A stretch of DNA of 64,000 bases, taken from contig NC_092672.1 of the NCBI RefSeq assembly GCF_964355755.1, positions 34,292,437 through 34,356,436 of the forward strand. The letters run 5' to 3'. The notes under the pieces are model-generated. The model saw only the letters and a program-made list of their open reading frames with translations. It did no database searches and was not told the origin of the DNA. Positions 24,085-36,700 of this stretch are shown here, piece after piece. Both the position numbers and the translations under genes were made by a program. Position 1 is the first letter of the stretch; each line of letters begins with the position of its first letter. Source of the DNA: Antedon mediterranea. Taxonomy: Eukaryota > Animalia > Echinodermata.

Positions 24085-27000
24085 ATGGACAATCAGATAA
24101 GGAATGACTTTGTAATTAAGGTAAGTTACTCAACCTTGATAGGCCCGGTTCCGGTATACAGCCTACAGCACAGGTAGGAGGAAGGAAGCCGTTGTATCAG
24201 GGTATAGCCTAGGCTGTGTAAAGTTAACAACTAAGTCAGAGGCCTAAAATAAAAAAATATAATAACAAAAATAATATAGCCTACCGTTTTTATATTATAA
24301 TTTTTTTTTTATAAAATACCAACCATCAAAGCTTTTATTGTGTTTTCTGTATATTTTTAAGCCTGTAATTTTTATTTAGGGAATAAGTAATTAATGTATA
24401 GTAGGGCTATTTTAATTAAAAAACAAATTTAAAAATCTTATAATTTATATATTGATATTAAATAATATAGACTTCATCTATTCTTGATGAATACAAAGTT
24501 TGCTGGACGCAGAAACTTGGGACCGGTATCAACGGTCCTGTTCGTTCATGCATCAAGAAATCGTCCGAAGAACGTTTTGCGTTGAAAATAATTCTCGATA
24601 ACCCTAGCTCACGAGAAGAGGTGCGGCATCACAGACGTGCAACTGGAAACAAGTATATCGTGACGTTGTACGAAGTTTACGCTAACGATGTCCAGTTTCC
24701 CACGGAGAATGAACCTAAAAGCCGATTGTTGCTGGTTTTGGAGTTAATGGATGGTGGTGAATTGTTTGATAGGATTAGACAGCAGAGAGGTTTCACAGAG
24801 AGTAGGGCTGTGGATTATGCAACACAGGTAATACAATTTCCCCCTCCCCCAATAAAAGACCATTTCTGAGACCAGAACAAATGGGTTGTTTACAAAAAAA
24901 AGTTTTTGAAGATGGTCCGAACTCCAAAATTGTTTTAATCTCAAGCCTGTAAGAGATTATAATTATTAATTATATAATACTTTTTTTTTAAGGTGGCCAA
25001 AGCTGTATATCGATGTCATAGTCTAAATATAGCACATCGTGATTTAAAACCTGAGAACCTGCTTTTAAAAGACAACTCGGAGGCAAGTATTATAGTCCTT
25101 TCTGAAGACCGGGGTACACTGAACATTTACATACGAAGTGACACACGGCAAGCTTCAAAACAAAATGATTCACACAAAGCTTCAAAAAGTTCAACTCTCG
25201 AATTCATCACATTGAAGTTGAAATTGTTTGTCCTGCCAAAATGACGGTTCGATTTGACACTTTGATGCTCTTCTAAAGTAGTATTGTGTTTGATCTTCCT
25301 CATTTTCGTTTTCATTTCATAATAATAGATATTTATCAGTTATTATTTTTTCCAATTTCCAGAATTCTGTAGTGAAGTTATCAGATTTTGGATTTGCAAA
25401 ATATGATGATGGAAATTTGATGACACCAAACTACACACCTTACTATGTTGCACCACAGGTAAAGTATTTATCAATATAGCTAAGTTTTATATATCTGAAA
25501 TAGAAATGTAGGCCCAATCACAATAACATTTTTGAAAAATGAAAAAAGTCTTCTTAATCTTTAGCAAAAATGCATTTTCTTGTTGATTTCATTTTTAAAA
25601 CACAATTTGTGCTTTACTTTAAATAGGTTTTAGAAGCTCAACAGAGGCAAAGAACTCGCGATAAGGACATCATATCTGTCGCTACATACACCTACGATAA
25701 GGTACTTTATCCAGGCTGTCACAATGCCTTGGTTCTATCTATATATGGATCTATAAATCTAGTTTATAAAATCCCTTAGTATCATGTTTTTTATCTATAT
25801 AACATGGTTAGAACATCATGCATCAAACCTTGTATATAAGTACAAAATTATTCCTGTTTTTTTCTCCAACATGTTAAATTTAAAAAAAAACTATTTTTTC
25901 CCCCTAGAGTTGTGATATGTGGTCTTTAGGAGTTATATTATACATCATGCTATGTGGTTACCCTCCGTTTTACTCCGAGACGCCCTCACAGAAGCTCTCT
26001 CATCAAATGAGATGTCGGATCATGGCCGGAGAGTATCAGTTCCCGAAGGAGGAATGGTCCATTATCTCCGCAGAGGCTAAGGATGCTGTTAAAAGGTATA
26101 AATAAGAGAGGTAGTATAAATTCAAAGGCAAATTACTGATATATGGGTATCAGTGGCTGGATCTCAATGGAGATGCAAAAAAAATAATGACAATGCTGTG
26201 GGTATCAGTGGCTGGATCTCAATGGAGATGCAAAAAAAATAATGACAATGCTGTGGGTATCAGTGGCTGGATCTCAATGGAGATGCAAAAAAAATAATGA
26301 CAATGCTGTGGGTATCAGTGGCTGGATCTCAATGGAGATGCAAAAAAAATAATGACAATGCTGTGGGTATCAGTGGCTGGATCTCAATGGAGATGCAAAA
26401 AAAATAATGACAATGCTGTGGGTATCAGTGGCTGGATCTCAATGGAGAGGCAAAAAAAATAAGCAAAAAGCTAAATCAAAACCCTTTTTTCTCTTTTAGC
26501 CTTCTAATGGTGGAACCAACTGAACGCATGACAATTGATCAGTTTTTACAGCATCCATGGTTGAATAATCCAAGAAACTCTGATGCCCAACTACATTCTC
26601 CCGCAATTATGTTAGACAAGGTAGTGTAAGGTGTTCCAGTTCTCTCTATAGAACCATATCTTGTTTATCGTAATTTGTACGTTTCTTAAGCTCTGTCTAC
26701 ACTATTGAAATAGTTTGACAAAAAAAATATGATATGCCAATATATGGACATGATGATGTCAAATCACAACCATAAATGGACATATCACCACCATATTTGA
26801 CATATCACACTTTTTACTAGTTTGATAGTGTAGACAGAGCTTAACTGACATTTACGTTTTTGTTAAATAGAATATGATGGAAGAAGCCAAGCAGGCTCAT
26901 TCGGAGCAGCTAACTAACATGAGACTACCAGAGAAACGAGTTGTCTTAAAATCTGTACTGAAATCTAATAACCCAATTGTAAGGAAAAGATTTAGGAGCA

Positions 27001-28521
27001 GGTATGTTGCATACTATAATAATTAATATGGCATTGGATATATTATATTTTAATCAAATCTCCCAATACCGGTCACCTTTGAACTGGCCTAATATGTCTG
27101 GTTTTCCAGAGTAGTGGAGCTGTAGCTTGGTGGTTAACGTGCTTGCCTTCCAATCCCAAGGTCCCGGGTTCAATCCTGACCTAGTGCAGGGTTGTAACTC
27201 ATGACTCTTTCAACTCCACTCCCTAAGCCTCAAATGAGACTTAGTTTATAAGCACGATAAATTATTAAATAGTTTATCCATCCTGTAATTGGCGAGTTAC
27301 TCGCTGTTGGATGAGTATGAAATAAAAAAAAAAGAATGTCTGGTATTGGGAATGTGTTTCTAATAGTAAAAATGAATTTGGGACCTATTCGACATCAAGA
27401 AAAGTCTGGTTTTGGGAGAGTTTTTTTTTTCAGAAAGTTAGATATTTGGAGAGTCTGCTGTACCATAGTTTACACACACAAGAACCAAATGTATTGAGCC
27501 ATTATGGAGTTTGACCTGCTAAAACTTCTCAAAGGGGAGAGCTTAATGATATCCGAAAGTTGTTTCTATCGAAAGCATCCACAAATTAAGTATATCAACT
27601 AAAAGAAACTAAAAACTATATATTTCATTGTGTAGAGGTTGCACTTTAGATAACAAGTCCAGTGAAGAGGAACCGCCAACTAAAGTATCTAAAAACGACC
27701 ACATCTTAACACAGCTTAGAGATGTTATTGCTTACTGTATTCTGCCACCAAAAGGTAAGCTTCGAAATCTGGTATTTAATTGTAATTTATCACATCTTCC
27801 ACAGGCAGATCCAGATTTTCTGGTTTTTAGAGAGCTCAGTATTAGAAGAGTTGACTGTATAAAATATAACTGCACATTATCAAAGATGATGTTTGGTATT
27901 AATATTAATAAATTTTGTCTTTGATTAGTTTCAAAAGAAGAGGATCTTAGTCAAATGGTTAAAAAGGCCTGTCAGCTGGTACCAAGCAGTAAGAGTCTAC
28001 AAGATGGACTTCAACTTTTAAATTGGAATGGTAAAAAAACATCTATCATTCATTCAGTCTAAAGCTCTGTCTACACTATGAAACTTTGTTGACAAAAAAA
28101 AGTATGATGTCCCTAAATATGGTAGTTATATGATGTCATCGTGTCCATATATGGGCACATCACATTTTTTTGTCACATAAAGTTTGATTATGTAGACAGA
28201 GGGGTTGCGGACACAAATGTGTTATGGCGCCCTGTTGCTGTCGCAACCCCTGGACCGCTTGTTGTCGAATAAAGAAATGAAATGAAAGAAAAAGAGCTTA
28301 AGTATATTCAGTTGGTTTATCAATCTAATCAAACTATTCAATCTGTCAGTCAGCCAGCCAACCAATAAGATTATACTGTAGGTTTCTATATAATAAACCA
28401 CATTTGATTTACTCTGATAACCCTTTTTTTGGTAGGTGAGGAATTTGGAGACAAAGTTGACAAGAACAAACTAGCACAGTTGATGAGAGAAACTATACAA
28501 CAAGTTAATCTTGATGGCTGA
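24085..28521 (+). CDS. MAPKAPK5: MAP kinase-activated protein kinase 5 (MK5/PRAK), 11 coding exons
   Basis: Exons 24085-24120, 24471-24827, 24993-25082 (GC donor), 25363-25458, 25627-25701, 25908-26095, 26500-26620, 26871-27001, 27636-27754, 27929-28030, 28436-28521 (TGA). MK5-type motifs [85 protein letters not shown]. Confidence 0.95.
26115..26482 (-). mobile_element. Same repeat family, copy 2 (5'-truncated, no hammerhead) with about 6 x 55-bp internal array
   Basis: Reverse complement shares GTTTTGATTTAGCTTTT, the ATCTCCATTGAGATCCAGCCACTGATACCC unit and the TCAGTAATTTGCCTTTG end; units start 26145, 26200, 26255, 26310, 26365, 26420. Confidence 0.8.
27113..27333 (+). mobile_element. tRNA-derived SINE family 1, copy 1
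   Basis: A box TAGCTTGGTGG, B box GGTTCAATCC, 3' tail TTTATCCATCCTGTAATTGGCGAGTTACTCGCTGTTGGATGA plus A-rich end; homologous to 57627-57876. Confidence 0.8.
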
Positions 28522-28727
28522 TTGGACAATAATGGAGAATTAGGGTTTACAAGTTTTAAAGAGATTAACATGAGAATGGTCTCATTCTAACATTCACTGA
28601 TAACAGGTGTAATATGAACCTGTTAGGACGTAACAATTTACACATGTAATGGTCACATGTGCTGTAAATTTTGAGATAAACCAGCTGTTTCAAAAACCCA
28701 ACTCATGAGGTGGATTGTTCAATTACA

Positions 28728-28889
28728 TATGGCACGCCAGGACGGACATAACTATGTCAAGTTGACCTCACTCGTGTTATGTAGACATTGCTCGTGTTGA
28801 GTTTACATGTGTAAACTCAACACGAGTGATGTCTCCATAACACGAGCAAAGTCAACTTGACATAGTTATGTCTGTCCTAGCGTGCCATA
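28728..28889. repeat. 162-bp near-perfect foldback palindrome (MITE-like) in MAPKAPK5 3' region
   Basis: TATGGCACGCCAGGACGGACATAACTATGTCAAGTTGAC...centre TTTACATGTGTAAA...GTCAACTTGACATAGTTATGTCTGTCCTAGCGTGCCATA. Confidence 0.9.
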
Positions 28890-30139
28890 ACCTTAAACCA
28901 CAAGTGAATTAATCACAAAATAAGGAATAAGCAATTTGACCTTACTAGTGTAAAAAGATGCATGATATATGATCTTGCTGGGTACATTTTTTTGTTTACA
29001 TGTGTAAATTTGTTCATCGTCTGTCCGAACGATCACCGGTTTAGCTCTCAAGGGTATTCCACAGTTACACATGTAAACTGATTTACTTCCAAACACAGCC
29101 TATGAGAGCGTCTAAACTGTAACATTTACAGTCCTCTATAATTGGTTTTTGTTTGCAAGTTGAAGTTTGTAATAGAAATAAATAGTGAGAGCGAGAAAGT
29201 GTGTTCTATTGTCTTTCCAAATTTGCAATAAATTAGTGTACTTCAAGGAAGGGAAGAGGGCAAACTATGAAAAATAGGATTAGCTATATTTTGTGTTGTT
29301 GTGCCCATAAAAAATTATCTTTAATTGGAGACAATTTTTTGTAACTCGTAAAAGACATTTTTTTTGTGTGTAATAAACATGGTAGTTTACTGGCCTATTC
29401 AATTGGGAAAGCGTTCTGTAAATGTATTTCAATGCTAAATTTAAAATGCAAAAATTTTGGATTTGTTCAGATTCATTCATTTCAACATTTAATGTATATT
29501 ATGTACCCAACATTTAATGTTAATTTTATTTTGCAATATAATTTTTAAATATTTTTTTAAACTTTGCTTTTTTAGATGAATAGTGTTAATGTAGAAAAAC
29601 ATGCTGTCTTTCTAGCAGTACTAGTTAATCAAATTATATATACATTTATAATGAATTTATAAATTACCTCATTATTAAATATAGCACTGCACATCAAAAA
29701 TATTTCACATCAACTAACCAATGTGTAGTATGATATAGTAACTGTAAATATTGGTTAATTGTGGGTTACTATTTGTTTGTCAGAATTAGCACTAAGTTAT
29801 TACCATTTTCATACACCTGTAGATTATAGATTCCATATTTACTGAATTTGTAGGCATGGTATTAATTCAATTATGTGTTGTAATTTTAGACACTTGTATG
29901 TGCTACAAATAATAAATAAACATTTTTATACCACTAAATTGTTTATTTCATATTTTGATTTGACATATTTGTGAATATCCATTTTTTTGTAGTTCCCAAA
30001 ATAATGTAATGTATACGTCAGGTCAAACCATGGATATGGACCTATAGAGGGACCTAAGCCATGGCAGGAGGTAAAATGTTGTACCTCTATGGTCAAGCTA
30101 CTACAGTAATTTGCATTTTTGTGTCCGTACCGTTGAATA

Positions 30140-30295
30140 GGCAACGGTGATTGGCTGACGTAAACTTGTATAACGTAAACAAACAACACTCACCACATGA
30201 CCTCAAAAAGTTACCACGTGGTTCACGCTCCAGTAGTTTTTATGGCAGACACCGGTTGGTTCTTTTCTAGTTGAGAAGTTTGCAGATATATTTCC
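30140..30295 (+). promoter_or_regulatory. Putative TRMT2A promoter and non-coding first exon
   Basis: GATTGG, TGACGTAA, CCACGTGG; donor GTAAGT at 30296; acceptor before 30771. Confidence 0.45.
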
Positions 30296-30799
30296 GTAAG
30301 TTTTCCGTTTGTGTTTTATATATTTTTAAATTTGTAATATCTGAAAATCAATAATGATAGTTATGGTATATGGTTTGCGTCTCCTATTTAATATGAGTGG
30401 CTTTACCACAATTTGGGTTTACATTCTAGGCCTCTCTCACATTTTAAAAATGTGTCTGACTCTGCTGGTCGGTGGAACGTGTGTCTGGCGCGGTAACCTG
30501 ATAAACGACTAGTTAGGCCTAGCATATGATGTAAACATCTAAATCTAAACGCGACTTAGTTCATATTAATAATATAATAGTTACGATTTTCTTACTGCAC
30601 TTTATCAATGCCAGATTACACCACTCATTTTGTGAGAAGGACTGTGTTACTTAATTGTTTAAAATGGAAGTGTTTAGTTAGTGGGTGATGATGGATTATT
30701 GTGCAATTTCTAGGCATAACCAGTTTTAATCGAATACAAGGATATAATAATGTATTTTTTCATTAACTAGGCTTACAGTACGTGTGACAGGACAAACAT

Positions 30800-33700
30800 A
30801 TGAATATGTCTGAGCCAGCAATAGGTGCAGAAAACACGAGCGAAGCTCCTAGCGATCAAGGAAACCGCAATAAGATGGATGTTGACACACCAGTCAGTGA
30901 AGGGGATGGTGCAACAGATGGGGTAAAGGAGGCTGGTATGGAAGAGGGGACGAGCAAAAATGTTCAACAGGATGATGCGTATAATTACACACAAGAAGGC
31001 CAACTGTTTACTTCAGAGATTTATAAAATTGAGATTCAAAATCTTCCTAAACATTTTGGATTTAAAGTAAATTAGAATTAAAAATTATTTTTTTTTAAAT
31101 CTCTGTCTACACTATCAAACTAGTTTATGTGACAAAGGAATGTGATGTGCCCATTATATGGACATGCTATGGTCATATCACTACCATATTTAAGCATATT
31201 ACCACCATATTTGGGCACATCACACTTTTTTGTCAAACTAGTTTGATAGTGTAGACAAAGCTTATAGGGCACAAACAAGTCTTGACCCCATGCCGCCCAC
31301 TGGCTACAGTAGTCCGATACCCCTTACTCTCATATAGGGTAGACAGAGATTTTAAAATAAATTAAACAGAGCTTAGGCCCTAGTCAAACAGTTTTCAAAA
31401 TACTGATATATAATTTTTTATACAATGCCTACTTTAAGCTATTTTATTCAATCATGGAGAAATAAGTATTTCTCCATGATTCAATTGATATTTAAAGGGA
31501 AAAAATGTATTTATGATGAAAGATTTTGTTGTTGTTTTTTCATATATAGCAACTGAAAAAGATGATTACCAACCTAAATCTAAAACCAAAGAAAGTGAAA
31601 GCAGTGAACCGTGCAACATATGCATTTGTGACATTTACGTATGTCTATTTTATTTGACATTAAAGGCCAACTTGGACAACATCGTACGACGAGGCCCGAC
31701 AAAATGTCTTGACTGGTGCTGTCTGAGATGAATCCAGACGAGTCGTCTCAAGATATGGTCGGCGGCAGTTTTTAGGTCGTCCTGAGAACTCTAAGCATGT
31801 TTATTTTTCCCCCGACGAGATGCTTTCACCAGGCCTTGTCGTACGACACTGTCTGAGTTGGTTTTAAGATTAGTTTTAGGATTTCCATCTTCTCACAATG
31901 AACAAATGATCTGTGTGTGGACAGACCTTTATGATCAGTTTGAAAGACAGCAATATTTATTTCAGCTTAAGAACGAAGGTGAAATATGATTTTTACCTTG
32001 ATCTTGAGACTTATAAAGCTGTAGCTTGTGTGTTCCTCTCTGATAAAATGATTACAAATTTGTTAATGATCATATATCAAATTATATATTTATAGATGTG
32101 AAGAGGATCGAGAAGAAGCTTTAAAAGTTTTAAATGGTCATAAATGGAAGAATCAAGTATTACGTGCCAAGGTAGAAATAATTCCAAAATATTGATGTTG
32201 TACTTTCACATTGAAACAAAAACAATCTGGCTAAAATTGTTATTAATATCTATTGTTTTACGTCTCAATACACCTGTCTGTCTTGTGACTTTATTGTGTA
32301 CTGGTTTCCAGAGCTTTTAATTCCAAAATAGAGGTAAATCTCTGTCTACACTATCAAACTAGTTTGATAAAATAAGTGTGATGTGCCCAAATATGGTAGT
32401 GATATGACATCATCTTTAAAAAAAAACATTGTTATTACATAATGATGTATCTTATAAAATTGAATTGAAATCATTGTGTCTATATAGGCACATGACATAA
32501 AGTCTGATAGTGTAGACAGAGCTACAGGCATTTTTAATGGTTGTCACTTTCAGTTTTATAAGATACACTAATTGTGTTTAATATTTCTAAAGCTTGCTGT
32601 TTTTGTGTCTCAACCTCTCTTGTTTACTTGTTTCCGGAGTAGAGGTTAGACTTTATAAAGATGAACTAATTTTGTCTAATGTTTTAAAAGCTTGCTAAGC
32701 CTAAAGCTGATCCATTGATAGCAAAGAGAAAACAAGACAGTGATAATGATGGTAACCAAGCAGCTAAGAGGAGCAAACAAGATATACTTACACCAGAAGA
32801 AAGGTAGGGCTACTACTAATTTTGATAATATTTTTAATGTTTGTTCATCTCTTATGCCATTGGTACATACAGTTTGGTCACTCTTGTGGTAGCACAGTGA
32901 TTGAGAACTATCTGAATAGGTAGCCTATCTCCTTGGCCTGACAGTGATTAATGACATGAGTTTCAATAGATGATTCTTTTAAGTGCACACAACCTGGATT
33001 CTTAAGCTCTGTCTACACTATCAAACTTTATGTGACAAAAAAAATGTGATGTGGCCATATATTGACATGGTGATGTCATATCACTACCATATTTGGGCAT
33101 ATCACTACTATATTTGGGCATCCATATTTGGGTTCATCACATTTTTTTGGCAAACTAGTTTCATATTGTAGACAGAGCTTAAAACTGGGTTTTTATAGCT
33201 TCCACAACTTCCCCAATTATTGTTAATCATATTCAAATCTTTAGATTGTGCAATGCTGTGATTCCATATTGGAATAAGTCATATGAAGAGCAGCTGAAAC
33301 TAAAGGAGGAGAGCATGGAACAGTTTATGATCACCCTTGGTAAAACCTTTGAAAGACAGACACCAGAGCTGAAGCCATGGCTAATTACACAAAGGTTTGT
33401 CAATAGAGTCATACTGCACTCAATATTATCATTACACAGTTCAGTGCAGCTGGAACTAAACCTGTATCAAACGTTATATGACAAAAAAATATGATGTGCC
33501 CATGTATGGACATGATGATGTCATATCACTAACATATTTGGGCATATCTATCACTACCATATTTGAGCACATCACACTTTTTTGTCAAACTAGTTTGATA
33601 GTGTAGACAGAGCTTTAGTCAATGCATACATGTTGCAATGCAGTTTTTTTAATCTAAGGCCAAATAAAAAAACATACTTGTTAAGCGTCACCGCCCGCTC

Positions 33701-36700
33701 CTGATTATCCAGCCGCCTCTCTTTTTATTTATTTTTTTTTTTTACCGATATACAACGGAAAGTTCAGCGGCCCGGCCCAGCTCCAGAGTAGGGCTCGAAA
33801 TTCACGCTAGCAAACTAGGATTTTGCTAGTAGATTCTTCATAATTGCTATTTGAAAATTTCAAAACTAGCAAATGTTTGTTAGGCTAGTGTAATTTTTGA
33901 AAAATACGTACTTTTTAGCTTAGACAACGCTAGCCGCCGATCGCTCTATGTCGACAACGGCAATTTGGTGAAAACAATTGTTTCATTTACACGCCGCCGA
34001 TTTACGTCAAGGAAACGCGAATAGCACCGTGAATCATGTAATGTGGTAAACAGCAAGCTTTTTCCCCAACACATTAAATCATGTGCATTTAGTGCGTCGC
34101 TGAGGATTACATCATCAGTCACGTGATTACAGAATACGCGATTATCAATTTAAGGATTTAACGAAATAAATATTTTGCCTACACAGTGGTCGAAGCGCGT
34201 TTTTTTATAGGTTCGTAAATAGGAAACACCCCATACATAATGGACTCTACCAATTTTGTTTACGATGATCCGAAATACTTTAGTTAAAACTACTAAAATA
34301 ATCCCTCCATAAGTCATGAATTGGCTGTGTGATTTACACACGTCTATTCAGGCGATAGGCACATGTATACACCCTTTTTGGCAATTAAGGCGTGCCATAC
34401 GTTATTAACAATATTGACAATTCTGGCGGCCGAATGTACATATTTTGTCTTTTTTGCCGTTTCATGATTTTGGCCGTTCCATAACCGGCGGCCGAAATGA
34501 CTGGCGGCCGAAATGATCAGACACCGTTTACCTGTGGAATAATTACATACACTTTTTGCATCACAACTTTAAATACTGATTTACACAGCAATTGGCAAAG
34601 GATTCATCAAAGAAGAATGAATACGTTGAATAAAAATTCACTTAAGAAATGCCGTAAGCTGTTTTCAAACTATAAATCAGCCCACTATTTAGTATTATTG
34701 AGACCAAATCATGCTTCTCGCGATAGGGAATTTCCTGGATAGATGAGTCGAGCGAGAGACGGCGGATGGCCGATGAGTGAGGTGGGGGTAGCAGCTTGGA
34801 CGGATTAGTTAGCCTAGGGCCTACAATTTCGCTTGGTGGCAATTAAATTTAATGTTTTAATTACGTCTGGATATAAACAATACAAAACTCAATTTTGTCA
34901 TAAGCAATAATATTTCATACATAGTCAATTTTGTTCTGTTTCGCATTTTAAAAGTTTGACGTTTCATCCTAAAAAAAGTGGGGCAAAACGTCCACCGCGC
35001 AAAAATATACCTCTATAAAAAGTAAACAAAAAACAAAAAAAACCGTCCCCCCCGCCCCTGAAAATTTATGAGGGTGTGACGCTTAACAAGTATATTTTTT
35101 TATTTGGCCTAATCATGTCTTTTTTTTCTTACTCTTAGACTAAAGAATGATAACTTGTGTTGCGAGCTCCAATCAGTAATACCATCGGTAAGTAGTTATA
35201 AAAATTGTCTTTTTACTGGCTAATTACAGAATACAAGAGAATATGACCAGGTACAGTAGGCAAGCACCTCAGATAATATTAATTCAGTTCTAAGGTGAAA
35301 ATGATCCCTCTTTTATCTAAGTCCATAAAAAATACAATACAGTAATCAAGTGTAACGATTTGATTAATATAAATTGTGTTAATCTGTTGATATCATTTTT
35401 GTTACAGCCTGCCATTAATGAATATCGTAATAAATGTGAATTCAGTATTGGAAGAAGCTCCGAAAACCATGACAACACAGTTGGCTTCAGGTTCGGGAGG
35501 TACAAAGGTCAGGCATTGTTTTTGTTTCTATTCAATACATGTATTATACTTTTCTTCTGTAACATGAATCAGTGGAGTGGCCGACAGCCATCTCTGTAAC
35601 ATGAATCAGTGGAGTGGCCGTCAGCCATCTCTGTAACATGAATCAGTGGAATGGCTGTCAGCCATCTCTGTAACATGAATCAGTGGAGTGGCCGTCCGCC
35701 ATCTCTGTAACATGAATCAGTGGAGTGGCCGACAGCCATCTCTGTAACATGAATCAGTGGAGTGGCTGTCAGCCATCTCTGTAACATGAATTAATCAAGT
35801 GGAGTAGACAGTGGTATGGCAGTTGCGCTGTAGCCCATAGCCATAAAATTGGCAAAGCTTCAAGCCTCTCCTCAACCATATTTCCGGTGTCTTCTTGGAT
35901 ATGACTGGTGTACACATCTGACTTGTGTTATCATATAAAGCTCATTATAAATACAGTACTTAGCTATCAAAACAAGTTGAGCGATTATGACGGAGGTGTC
36001 GTTTACTCTACCTAAAGAGCCAACAATATCGGCATGGGTTCGATGCCTCATTCCCTCCTAGTTCTGGTGGTGCATGGAAAAAGTCTTCTTGAATAAGGTT
36101 AATCAACCATAGGTCCAGTGTACACCCAGTGTTATAACCTGTGTGCACTTTCAAAAACCCAGTTCATCATTTGAGATGAGAAGGGGTTACCCTGGTGAAC
36201 TGGTTCACAAAATAGCCCCTGTATACCACCTATCTAATATAGGATAGGATAATTTACTATTGGTAATCCTTGTCCAAATATGCCTAAAGACATAAATATA
36301 AATGATGATTTCAAATTACAGGTGGAACAGTCGATGTACTTGAGCCCACATGTTGTTGTAATGTCCCTAGCAATATGAAGAAAGTAGCTGCAGCCTTCCA
36401 GAAACACATCAGATCAACTGGTTTACCGAGCCATCAACCACAGACTCACAAGGGCTACTGGCATATGCTAGTAGTCAGGATGACTTTAGACAACCAGATT
36501 ATGGCAATAGCGCATTTACATCAGCAGAAACTGTCAGAGGTGAGGTTAGGCCTAGGTTGGTATAGTATTCTCATAGTTTCTTAGGTTTGGCCTAGCTTGC
36601 TATGGCGTAGTCACATTGTGTAAAGCTCCGTCTACACTATCAACTAGTTTGACAAAAAAGTGTGATGTGCCCAAATTATGACATCATCGTTTCTATATAT

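Noticed and set aside
25093-25140. CTGAAGA as a second hammerhead core
   Set aside because: No stem II followed by GAAA.
27113-27190. Functional tRNA gene
   Set aside because: Acceptor stem does not close and it continues into a SINE body repeated at 57627.
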